Positions 7,709 through 15,649 of a stretch of DNA of 64,000 bases are shown piece after piece. Source of the DNA: Cyanobacteriota bacterium (GTDB lineage Bacteria; Cyanobacteriota; Cyanobacteriia; PCC-6307; Cyanobiaceae); the NCBI GenBank assembly GCA_046091285.1, contig JBJTBH010000218.1, positions 1,176-65,175 of the forward strand. Direction: 5' to 3'. Position numbers and translations under genes: made by a program. Under the pieces are notes generated by a model. That model ran no database searches and was not told where the DNA came from. It saw only the letters and a list, made by a program, of their open reading frames with translations. Numbering within the stretch: position 1 is the first letter of the stretch; each line of letters opens with the position of its first letter.

Positions 7709-9400
7709 TTAACGACTGAGAGAATGGTCATGCCAATGCTGCTGATCCTCCAGAGCGTGCAGATCCCAATCGAGGGAGAAGGGATCAGAACGACGGCTCA
7801 AAAAGCTCGCAGGAAGGTAGTTCTGAGAACTGAGAATCGGTGCACTGAACATCGAACGATTGATCAGTAGAGGAGGCGGAAGCTCCAGGGGGGGAAGCCA
7901 GGGGGGCTGGTGCCGCGGCAGCGCGGACGATCCAGTGTCCACCACGGCCTGACGACGTGCCAGGGGGCCAGCGGCAGGATTGGGTGGAGCCAGTCCTGCC
8001 GGCGGCCTGGAGTTCGTCGAGCGGCGACGAAGCTCCTCAGCCTGACGGGCCCGGGCGAGAACCTCTTCGCGACGGTGCAACTGGGCCAGCTGACTCCTGG
8101 GCACAACACTGAGGAGATGGCCAGGGGTGGCATCAGCCGGGTACACGAGCGAAAGACGAATCGTATTGATTCTGTCGGAATGAAGATTGAGCTGTTTCAA
8201 TTCAAGGCTCTGGCCTGACCTGAGGCCAACGTGAACTTCCTGATAGCCCTCCTCCGTTTCGATACCGATCGAACCACGGAAGGCCGTGAATGCACGACCA
8301 TTGGGAGCGGGATGACTGAGGACAAGAGAATAAGGACCTTGGCCCTGTAGTTGCAGAGTCAGATCAAAGCGAACACCATAGGTACCGACATTATCAACAG
8401 AAGAATCAATCGTTCTGGTGACAAGCTCATTGACCTGGACATCACCCGTGCCGAAATGGTGACGGAATGTACTGGTCAGGGGAACGTGCAGAGGACCTGC
8501 ATCAAGCTTGTGGTCGACGGTCGCCGTGTAGGTATCGCCAATCGCCACGCCACCAACGCGGGAAAACACCCTGCGATTCTGAATATCAGCCAGACGACGC
8601 AGATAGACGCGACCAGGGGCCAGAACACCACGATCAAGAACCGCCAGGACATCGTCTTCGGTGCGGGGATCCTCCGCGGCAACCACGGCCATCTGGAAGG
8701 GACCGTCGCTGCGCCCCCGGAGAAGCGCATTGGCGATACCCAGGGAAGGGATTTCAGTGCGGAAGAGCACCGTCCGTCCGTAGGGGGGAATGACAACCGC
8801 CTCGGGGAGGCGCGAATCGAGCTTGCCACGCAACATCTGAATGGCTGTGGCATCGCCGGGACCGGTGTTCCAGGGACGCGGGCCCAGGGCCTTGACACCC
8901 ATCAGGTGATTGGGCAGATAAGGGGCCTCGAAGCTGTTACGAACAGCGCCGGCATCGAACTGAATCCGGACCGGTTGCGCTCCTGGATTGATCAGAATCG
9001 CCGCCAGATCCAGTTCGCGGCGGCTGCCGAGCCGACTGCGATCAGAAGGCAGATATTTGTGATGGAAGTGGGCACCGAACTCGCCATCGAACGTGAAGGC
9101 CGGATTGGCCAGAACCTGACCGGTGTCCTGGCTGATGGACTGGCCGGGAGCGGTGTTGATCAGGATTCCCGGCCCATAGACCTCCTCAGGCTGGTTGGAA
9201 TGCAGAACCGGCACCGCGTTGAACCGACCGTTGAGAGGACGCGCTTCCTGACCGTCCATCAGGGGAACAAAGGCCCTGGCTTGCGCCAGAGGGAGACAGA
9301 AGCCACCCAGGGCAAGCAGAAACAGAAAAGGACGCATGGGATCCACGGGACCTACTGGTCTCACCATGGACGGCTCAGGCGTTGTTGTGTCCATGGACAT
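7709..9400 (-). CDS. Secreted conserved cyanobacterial protein (recalls the DUF3370 family, unverified)
   Basis: The track ORF is 7709..9787. The ATG at 9400 is preceded by GGAAGGAAATCG and followed by a signal peptide (MRPFLFLLALGGFCLPLAQARA). The upstream 129 aa are R/G/P-rich and not protein-like. The C-terminus is Pro-rich. The gene ends 17 nt upstream of the J-domain gene. Confidence 0.8.
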   Translation of the reverse strand: MSMDTTTPEPSMVRPVGPVDPMRPFLFLLALGGFCLPLAQARAFVPLMDGQEARPLNGRFNAVPVLHSNQPEEVYGPGILINTAPGQSISQDTGQVLANPAFTFDGEFGAHFHHKYLPSDRSRLGSRRELDLAAILINPGAQPVRIQFDAGAVRNSFEAPYLPNHLMGVKALGPRPWNTGPGDATAIQMLRGKLDSRLPEAVVIPPYGRTVLFRTEIPSLGIANALLRGRSDGPFQMAVVAAEDPRTEDDVLAVLDRGVLAPGRVYLRRLADIQNRRVFSRVGGVAIGDTYTATVDHKLDAGPLHVPLTSTFRHHFGTGDVQVNELVTRTIDSSVDNVGTYGVRFDLTLQLQGQGPYSLVLSHPAPNGRAFTAFRGSIGIETEEGYQEVHVGLRSGQSLELKQLNLHSDRINTIRLSLVYPADATPGHLLSVVPRSQLAQLHRREEVLARARQAEELRRRSTNSRPPAGLAPPNPAAGPLARRQAVVDTGSSALPRHQPPWLPPLELPPPLLINRSMFSAPILSSQNYLPASFLSRRSDPFSLDWDLHALEDQQHWHDHSLSR

Positions 9401-9546
9401 CGATTTCCTTCCGACCCGGTTGCGGCCTGGCACCTCTGCACGAGCGGGATCTGGGTAGTGTTTTGGCCTGATCACACGTACGCGTTCGGGAGACTCCATC
9501 ACGCTCCCGAGGTCGCTAGAACCGTCCGGCGCTGAGACATTTTCCC

Positions 9547-9738
9547 ATGGTTCCCCCCTTCCTCTGTGGCGACCGCCTGGGTGATCCGGCCACCTTCCTG
9601 CGCCGGCACAAGGAACGAAAACTGAGAAGCCTGACGTTCTGGCGCGATGGGCTGGAGCGTCAGCTGGCGGCCCTGAACGCGGCCATTGCCACCCTGGAGC
9701 ATCAGATCGACCGCGACCGCTCTCAGGAAGCGAACTGA
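9547..9738 (+). CDS. Small hypothetical protein (63 aa, coiled-coil-like)
   Basis: ATG start with protein-like composition (PATFLRRHKERKLRSLTFWRDGLERQLAALNAAIATLEHQIDRD). Its 3' end overlaps the convergent sigma-factor gene by 16 nt. I recognise no family. Confidence 0.45.
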   Translation: MVPPFLCGDRLGDPATFLRRHKERKLRSLTFWRDGLERQLAALNAAIATLEHQIDRDRSQEAN

Positions 9739-10523
9739 GACGCACTGTCACGCCCTCCGAGAGCGGCGCGCAGCTCATCGAGACCACGACGCAGCTGCCG
9801 ACTGACAGTCATCGGACTGATCTCTAGCATCGCGGCGGTGCGACGCAGGCTCCAACCCTCCAGCACCACGTGACGAATCACCTGCTGCCGCAAAGGGTTG
9901 AGACTGGCCAGCTCCGCCAGCAGCAGGCACGCTGCCATGGGCTCATCCCTGGGTTCATGGCCATCAGCCAGATCGAACCCTTGGTCTTCCAGGTCCGTCA
10001 GCGATCCAGGCCTGCTGAGGCGCTGAGCCGTCTGAAAGTGTTGCCACTGGTCTTCGCTCAGCCCCAGGGCCTGCCGTAGCTCCGTCTCACTCGCCATCCG
10101 ACCGAGACGAACCTCGAGCTCGCGACGCACGCCCCGGAGGCGATCCTCAAGTTCCTGGAGCCGCCGAGGCAGACGTACAGGTCGCGCCTGATCCCGGAGG
10201 TAATGAAGAATCGCCCCGCGGATGTGGGGTCGGGCAAAGGCGGCGAACGGAGTGCCCTGTCCTTCGTCGTAGAGCTCCGAGGCGCGGAGCAGGCCCATCA
10301 GACCGACCTGTTGCAGATCCTCAGCTGCTTCGGGGCTGCGATGGGCGTAGTGCCAGGCGATCGGACGAACCAGGTCGCGGTATTGCGCAAGACGTTGATT
10401 GCGTTGCTGAAGGCTGGGTGAGAGCGAGGGATGGGAGGCACAGCGGCAGGAGCGGCCAGGATTGGACACTGCCGGTTGCGGGGCGTGGCCAGGAACCGGG
10501 TTGAGGGTGAGAAGAAGAGACAA
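9723..10523 (-). CDS. RNA polymerase sigma-70 family factor, group 3 (SigF-like)
   Basis: Region 2 reads LQQVGLMGLLRASELYD..FAAFARPHIRGAILHYLRD. The region 4 HTH reads WSLRRTAAMLEISPMTVSRQLRRGLDELR. The track start at 10523 is TTG. An in-frame GTG at 10469 is an alternative, so the start is unresolved. Confidence 0.85.
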   Translation of the reverse strand: MSLLLTLNPVPGHAPQPAVSNPGRSCRCASHPSLSPSLQQRNQRLAQYRDLVRPIAWHYAHRSPEAAEDLQQVGLMGLLRASELYDEGQGTPFAAFARPHIRGAILHYLRDQARPVRLPRRLQELEDRLRGVRRELEVRLGRMASETELRQALGLSEDQWQHFQTAQRLSRPGSLTDLEDQGFDLADGHEPRDEPMAACLLLAELASLNPLRQQVIRHVVLEGWSLRRTAAMLEISPMTVSRQLRRGLDELRAALGGRDSASQFAS

Positions 10524-10629
10524 CTGCGTGACACCGATGGTCGGGGGGAGTGATGCAGCCCCCTCTCTTCAAATGGCCGTGTTTGACCGACCCTTGCCAA
10601 CCGTGAAAACACTGAACTTCGGCGAACAA

Positions 10630-10658
10630 GGCCTGAATCGCGTCTCCTGATTCAGGCC
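10630..10658 (-). terminator. Perfect 10-bp hairpin covering the stop codon of the upstream operon (candidate terminator)
   Basis: GGCCTGAATC (10630-10639), a 9-nt loop, then GATTCAGGCC (10649-10658). On the minus strand it is followed by TTGTTCGCC, which is only moderately U-rich. Confidence 0.45.
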
Positions 10659-11497
10659 CTGGCCCCAGGCGCCACCGGGGCCACGGTGGCCAGCAGCGAC
10701 CAGGGACCATGACGACGCAACCAATCCAGATCCGATCGCGGAGTGATCAGCAGATAACCGGCGAAACCGAGACCGTTGATGCTGAAACCCGCTCCATGCT
10801 CCTGTTCGCGGCGGATGGTGACGAACCAGTGACGGTCAAACAGGACGTTGTAGGCATGACGCGGGCGCTGGTCCCGATCCGGATGACCCAGCCCCAGCTG
10901 CGCCGCATGGCGCTGATAAATCCCTGGCAGATCGGCTCCGGCACCGCTCCGGTCCTCCCGGGCGGAAATGGCGTAACACCAGGGCAGGGGACAGCGCTCG
11001 CCCCGGAGGAGACTGCGATAGGTCGAAGCCAGGGGGCAGGAGACCTCACCCGCAGCCCGGGGCAGCAGTTGCAGATGGCGATGCGGCTGGCTGGCGCCCG
11101 CAACGGCCGAGCTGTTGAAGAACCACAACCCATCGGTATCGGCCGATACCGTGGCCACCGCCGCCCAGTCGCCTGAATCCAGCCAGCCTGCCTGGGGCTG
11201 CCACTGCTGGGTGATCAGCAGCAGATGACCGGGCTCCACAGGATATTTGTTCAGCAGCAGCAGATGACTCTCTCCAAGCCGGGCCACCTCCAGGGGCGGT
11301 TCCCAGGGAAGAAAGGGATTCGGCTTGGGGCCACCGGCCTTCAGATGCCTGGGCGTGGCCGACAGCAGACGCCGCAGCACGAAAGGAGAAAATTCGGGAC
11401 ACGCCAGCAGTTCCGTTGTCAGCGGAACGAGAGCACCGCAGGCCAGGGCCTCGTCACTGCGACGCAGAGCCTCCTGCCAGAACACTTCAGCCCTCAC
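10652..11497 (-). CDS. ATP adenylyltransferase (Ap4A phosphorylase II-like, HIT-like motif)
   Basis: Contains LLLLNKYPVEPGHLLLITQ and GASQPHRHLQLLP. The ATG at 11587 would overlap the upstream SpoIID gene by 100 nt. The in-frame GTG at 11497 overlaps it by only 11 nt and gives a homolog-like N-terminus (RAEVFWQEALRRSDEALACGAL). Confidence 0.75.
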   Translation of the reverse strand: MRAEVFWQEALRRSDEALACGALVPLTTELLACPEFSPFVLRRLLSATPRHLKAGGPKPNPFLPWEPPLEVARLGESHLLLLNKYPVEPGHLLLITQQWQPQAGWLDSGDWAAVATVSADTDGLWFFNSSAVAGASQPHRHLQLLPRAAGEVSCPLASTYRSLLRGERCPLPWCYAISAREDRSGAGADLPGIYQRHAAQLGLGHPDRDQRPRHAYNVLFDRHWFVTIRREQEHGAGFSINGLGFAGYLLITPRSDLDWLRRHGPWSLLATVAPVAPGARA

Positions 11498-12443
11498 CGG
11501 AACGCAACCGGGCCAGAGAGGCACCGGGATAGAAACGGCCAAGAATTTCGGTATATCGTTGACCCTCAGCGGCCAGACGCTGGGCATCGGTCTGGCTCAC
11601 GCTCGCCCCGCGGGTTCCATGGGCTTCCTGCACGATCTGCTGATTCGCTGCGTAGAGGCTTTCGACGATTCCGCCCTGATAACTGAGAATGATTCCCGAA
11701 GTGAGCCGAACGGCTTCAAGGGTCCGATCCTGCACGCTGCGTTCGCCGTTGTAGGCCTGCCAGCGGGTGGTGTCACCGAGGTGCCAGTGCATCGAAGCCG
11801 GTCGCGCCATGTGAGCCAGGGCATAGGAGCGGGCAGCCACGGCCTGGGCCTTGAGGGCCTCAAGCGACCAGCTGCTCGGCATCTCCGCACCAACCACCGC
11901 CGCGATGTAGTGCTCCAGGGGCAGGTGATTGACCACGAGCCATCCCTGACCCTGACGCATCAATCTCAACCGGCCGGCATAGGCCTCCCCCTGCACCAGC
12001 AACTGATTGTTGGGAGCGGTCGCCAACCAGGCCTCCTCGGGAATCGCCGACAACATCTCGTCGGAGACGGTCTGGCCGGGTCCACCCTGGCCCAGAAGTG
12101 CTCCCGAGCGACTGCGTAAGGACCAGGGACCCGTGGCGGAGAGCGTCGGCGTGGAGCCGTGACGCTGCAGGGCCACCCGGATCTCAAGATCCAGAGGGGC
12201 TCCCGGGGCCGGCTCCACCAGACGCACCCCCTGGCGGGTGGTGGCGGAACGTCGCAGCTGGAGGCGCTCCAGTGGAGTCTCATCCGCCCGTGTGGCTGTG
12301 GGCGGTGGCGCCAGAAGAGCCGCCTGCAGGGCTTCTGTCCCGTCGCTGCGACCGGACCACCAGCTCTGGACCCCAAAGCCCGAGGCCAGGGCGACCAGGG
12401 CCATCGGCATCGACAGCAACAACGGCCGCAGCGAGGCCTTCAT
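11487..12443 (-). CDS. SpoIID/LytB domain protein
   Basis: Signal/anchor N-terminus plus the SpoIID-type motif VVGAEMPSSWSLEALKAQAVAARSYAL. Its ATG overlaps the PhzF-like stop codon (ATGA). Confidence 0.85.
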   Translation of the reverse strand: MKASLRPLLLSMPMALVALASGFGVQSWWSGRSDGTEALQAALLAPPPTATRADETPLERLQLRRSATTRQGVRLVEPAPGAPLDLEIRVALQRHGSTPTLSATGPWSLRSRSGALLGQGGPGQTVSDEMLSAIPEEAWLATAPNNQLLVQGEAYAGRLRLMRQGQGWLVVNHLPLEHYIAAVVGAEMPSSWSLEALKAQAVAARSYALAHMARPASMHWHLGDTTRWQAYNGERSVQDRTLEAVRLTSGIILSYQGGIVESLYAANQQIVQEAHGTRGASVSQTDAQRLAAEGQRYTEILGRFYPGASLARLRSGEG

Positions 12444-13369
12444 CGGGAATCTCCCGTCGCCAGCAACGTCGACCAGGCTTCAGGATCGCAGATCTGCTCC
12501 TGCCAGAACACCTGCCCCTCCAGCAGCACCTGTCCGGGACCCCGCAGACGGATGATCCCGTTGCCGGCAGACTCGCATACCATGCCGCCACCCTGAGGGG
12601 AACACTGCCAACCGCGCACCGAGGATCGGCCGGAACGATGCAGCCAGTAGGGAGCCACCAGGGCATGGGCCGATCCGGTGACCGGATCCTCCGGGATTCC
12701 CAGAGCCGGGGCAAAGAAGCGCAGCTGGTAATCCGCAGGCATGCCTTCCACGCGCGGGGCAGGGTCAGGCCTCCGATCGCTGACGGCCTGCATCACCACC
12801 AGACCACTGCGGCAGGACGGCGGCAGCTGATCCGCCAGGCCATCAAGGGCCGCAAGATCGACGTCCGGGTTCACGAGAGCAACGGCATAGCCGAGGGCGG
12901 AGGTCCAGAACTGCTCCGCTCCAGCGCCGAGACGCTGCATCAGAAGATCCTGGAGACCTTCAGGAAAGGAACTGGGCAGCAATGGGGAACCTGGCAGCTC
13001 GATCGTGGCGATCGGAGGTCCCTCACCCTCCGCCGGCAGACTCACCGCCAGGGGGCCGGAACGACTGAACAACACGGCGGCCTCGCCCGGGCGCAGCGAG
13101 CCCCAGTGACGCAGAGCGAGAGCGGCCGCCAGGGTGGCATGGCCGCAGAGCATGACCTCACAGGCAGGGGTGAACCAACGGATGGCCCAGCCTTCCCCCC
13201 AGGGGACCACAAAGGCGGTTTCGGACTGCTTGAGACTGGCCGCCACCGCCTGCATCCAGGCCGATCCGGCGGGAGCATCGAGGGCGACCACCGCCGCGCC
13301 GTTGCCCTGATGCGGCGCTGCGGCGAAGGCTTCGATCAGCAGCAGGGGCAAGGAAGGTCGGAGGGTCAT
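12440..13369 (-). CDS. PhzF family isomerase-like protein
   Basis: 309 aa. The N-terminus IEAFAAAPHQGNGAAVVAL and the motif CGHATLAAALAL fit the PhzF/YddE fold. There is an ATGA overlap with the gpsA stop. Confidence 0.8.
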   Translation of the reverse strand: MTLRPSLPLLLIEAFAAAPHQGNGAAVVALDAPAGSAWMQAVAASLKQSETAFVVPWGEGWAIRWFTPACEVMLCGHATLAAALALRHWGSLRPGEAAVLFSRSGPLAVSLPAEGEGPPIATIELPGSPLLPSSFPEGLQDLLMQRLGAGAEQFWTSALGYAVALVNPDVDLAALDGLADQLPPSCRSGLVVMQAVSDRRPDPAPRVEGMPADYQLRFFAPALGIPEDPVTGSAHALVAPYWLHRSGRSSVRGWQCSPQGGGMVCESAGNGIIRLRGPGQVLLEGQVFWQEQICDPEAWSTLLATGDSR

Positions 13370-14283
13370 GGCAGCTCGTGCCTGAGATCACGCTCCATCA
13401 GGGCCTGCACAGCTTGCCGGGGCTGGCACTCCCCGTCCACCAGAGCGACGACCTGGTCACAGATCGGTAGATGCCATCCCTCCTGGCGGGCCAGTCTCAG
13501 CACCGCCCGGGCGGTGTTGGGTCCCTCCACCGTGGCGCCGATCCGCTCCAGGGCAGCAGCGGTGTCGTGCCCCTCGGCCAGCAGTAGACCGAAGCGATAG
13601 TTACGGCTCAGGGGGCTGGTCGCCGTCGCCAGAAGATCACCGAGACCGGCGAGGCCATAGAGACTGCTGGGCTGACCGCCGAGACCGCGCACGACATTGC
13701 CCATCTCCGCCAGACCCCGACAGAGCAGGGAAGCCCTGGCATTGGCACCGAGACCGAGTCCATCACAGACTCCGGCAGCCACAGCCATCACGTTCTTGAG
13801 GGCTCCCGCCACCTCCGTGCCCAGGGGGTCAGGGTTGGTGTAAAGCCTGAGCTGCTCGCTGCTGAGTTCCTGCTGCAGCCGTCGTGCCAGCGCAAGGTGG
13901 CTGGAGGCCAGGACACTGGCGGCCGGTAAGCCCTGATCCAGTTCACTGGCCAGATTCGGGCCGCTCAGCACCAGAAGCGAGGTCGAGGGAACAATCCGGG
14001 ACCAGAGGACCGACGGGGTGCAGAGTGCCTGACCATCCAGGCCCTTGGTGCAGCTCATCAAGGGGAGACCATCAGGCCAGGGACCGGCGAGACGCTCGAT
14101 CAGCGGTTCGACCCCGGCCATCGACACGGCGGCGACCACCAGATCCTGATGGGGAAGGAGATCGGTGGGATCGGTGCCATCGCCCCGACACCAGGTCTGC
14201 AGCTGATGCCCCTGATGGCGGAACAGCCTGGCAAGGGTGAGACCCCAGGCCCCCTGGCCGAGGACGGCGATGCGTAATCCCAT
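13366..14283 (-). CDS. gpsA: NAD(P)H-dependent glycerol-3-phosphate dehydrogenase
   Basis: Start MGLRIAVLGQGAWGLTLA (GxGxxG) at the ATG at 14283. The track start at 14331 adds 16 non-conserved residues. The GpsA C-terminal domain is recognisable (GLGANARASLLCRGLAEM). Confidence 0.9.
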   Translation of the reverse strand: MGLRIAVLGQGAWGLTLARLFRHQGHQLQTWCRGDGTDPTDLLPHQDLVVAAVSMAGVEPLIERLAGPWPDGLPLMSCTKGLDGQALCTPSVLWSRIVPSTSLLVLSGPNLASELDQGLPAASVLASSHLALARRLQQELSSEQLRLYTNPDPLGTEVAGALKNVMAVAAGVCDGLGLGANARASLLCRGLAEMGNVVRGLGGQPSSLYGLAGLGDLLATATSPLSRNYRFGLLLAEGHDTAAALERIGATVEGPNTARAVLRLARQEGWHLPICDQVVALVDGECQPRQAVQALMERDLRHELP

Positions 14284-14358
14284 GCCGGACAGTTGGGGGG
14301 AAACGAGCGGGCGGCAGCCATCATCCGCCATGCCCGGACGATGGCACGAACGCGACGC

Positions 14359-14844
14359 TCAGCTGGCGCACGACCGGAGCACCTCCAGGGGGATGACGGA
14401 CAGGGAGTGCTCCTCACAAGCCTCCAGCCGCACCGGTGGCGCGAGGCCATCCTGATAGGCCTGAAACCAGCGGGCGGCACAGACACACCAGTGATCACCA
14501 GGTTGGAGACCAGGGAAACCAAAGGCGGGCACCGGCGTGCTGAGGTCGTTGCCCTGGGCTCGGCTGTAGCGGAGGAACGCCTCGGTCATCACACAACAGA
14601 CGGTATGCAGACCACCGTCGCTGGGATCGGTGCGACAGCTGCCGTCGCGCCACCAGCCCGTCAGGGGCTCACAACCACAGATCTCCAGGGGCTCTCCCAG
14701 AACATTCCTGGGCGCATCCTGGGAGGGGGAAAGGGGACTCGGATCCAACCGCCACACCGACTCAGAACCGGAGTCTGGCCACGGATTGGCACGATTTGCC
14801 ATCAGGTGGTTGACGAATTCGGGGGGGAAGGCGTTAAAGGTCAT
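14359..14844 (-). CDS. DUF2237 family protein
   Basis: NVLGEPLEICGCEPLTGWWRDGSCRTD..GLHTVCCVMTEAFLRYSRAQGNDLSTP..PGDHWCVCAARW matches the DUF2237 pattern I recall. Confidence 0.85.
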   Translation of the reverse strand: MTFNAFPPEFVNHLMANRANPWPDSGSESVWRLDPSPLSPSQDAPRNVLGEPLEICGCEPLTGWWRDGSCRTDPSDGGLHTVCCVMTEAFLRYSRAQGNDLSTPVPAFGFPGLQPGDHWCVCAARWFQAYQDGLAPPVRLEACEEHSLSVIPLEVLRSCAS

Positions 14845-14861
14845 TCAGCAGACCGCCTTTC

Positions 14862-15089
14862 ATGAGCTGGGATTTCACCGAAGACGCCGCCTTCATGGCC
14901 CTGTGCGACGCCTTCAAGGAGAGCGGTGAAGACTCCGCCATGGAATTTCTCGCCCATGGGGAAGGGGCGTTTCACTTCCAGGAGCTGGCCCAGAACGCCG
15001 CAGGGGAAGGCATGGACCTCAGCGACTCCAGCGATCTGGAGGAGTTCCAGCAGGAGGTGATCGAGCGCCTTGAGGAGATGTGCAGCTGA
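14862..15089 (+). CDS. Small acidic hypothetical protein (75 aa)
   Basis: ATG start with protein-like acidic composition (MSWDFTEDAAFMALCDAFKESGEDSAMEF..EEFQQEVIERLEEMCS). The opposite-strand ORF 14841..15236 looks like a GC-shadow ORF. Confidence 0.6.
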   Translation: MSWDFTEDAAFMALCDAFKESGEDSAMEFLAHGEGAFHFQELAQNAAGEGMDLSDSSDLEEFQQEVIERLEEMCS

Positions 15090-15317
15090 AGGCCACCAGC
15101 GATCAGCTGTCGCCGGAATGCATCGGGCCGGACACCGCAGGGTCGGCCTGCTCCCGGAGGGCCTGGCCAAGCGGCTGACGGCGTCCGGCGTGGGGATGGG
15201 CCAGGCCCAGAGAGCGCAGCCCGTCCTGATCGCCACCAGCAGCCTCGATGCCTCCCGGTGCTCGTAGGACCGGGGGAATGCCCCCTGGTCTCGGACAGCC
15301 TTCAGGACGAACAGCCC

Positions 15318-15590
15318 TCAGGAATAGAAGAAGGCAATCTCCTTGTCCTTGAGACCCTCCCAGCCCGCAGCCTTGAGGCGCTCATCAAGAGCCTGCTGAT
15401 CGAAATGCTTGGCACCTGTCTTGACGATCCGATTGCGCATCGATTTCTTCACGCCGCTGCGGGCGCGCTGGCTTTCAAGCTCCATCACCTCCCGGTAGAG
15501 CTGAAGCATCGCTTCAGGAATCGGGGTTCCATCGAGGTCGAGGCCGGCGGCGATGGCGTCATCCACACCGCCGGGTCCTGCGATCGCCAT
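15318..15590 (-). CDS. Conserved hypothetical protein (90 aa)
   Basis: The ATG at 15590 (MAIAGPGGVDD..) avoids overlap with the metH stop. Composition is protein-like (LQLYREVMELESQRARSGVKKSMRNRIVKTGAKHFDQQALDERLKAAGWEGLKDKEIAFFY). Confidence 0.7.
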   Translation of the reverse strand: MAIAGPGGVDDAIAAGLDLDGTPIPEAMLQLYREVMELESQRARSGVKKSMRNRIVKTGAKHFDQQALDERLKAAGWEGLKDKEIAFFYS

Positions 15591-15649
15591 GACATCCTGT
15601 TCAGATTGCCGCTGCAGCCTGCCATAGCCTGAGCTGCAGCGGTGCAGCA

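Noticed and set aside
4627-10658. Possible shared repeat element between the apcD terminator (AAGGCCTG..CAGGCCTT) and the hairpin at 10630-10658 (GGCCTGAATC..GATTCAGGCC)
   Set aside because: Only the 6-nt arms GGCCTG/CAGGCC are shared. Loops and flanks differ. This is too short to call a dispersed repeat family within one window.
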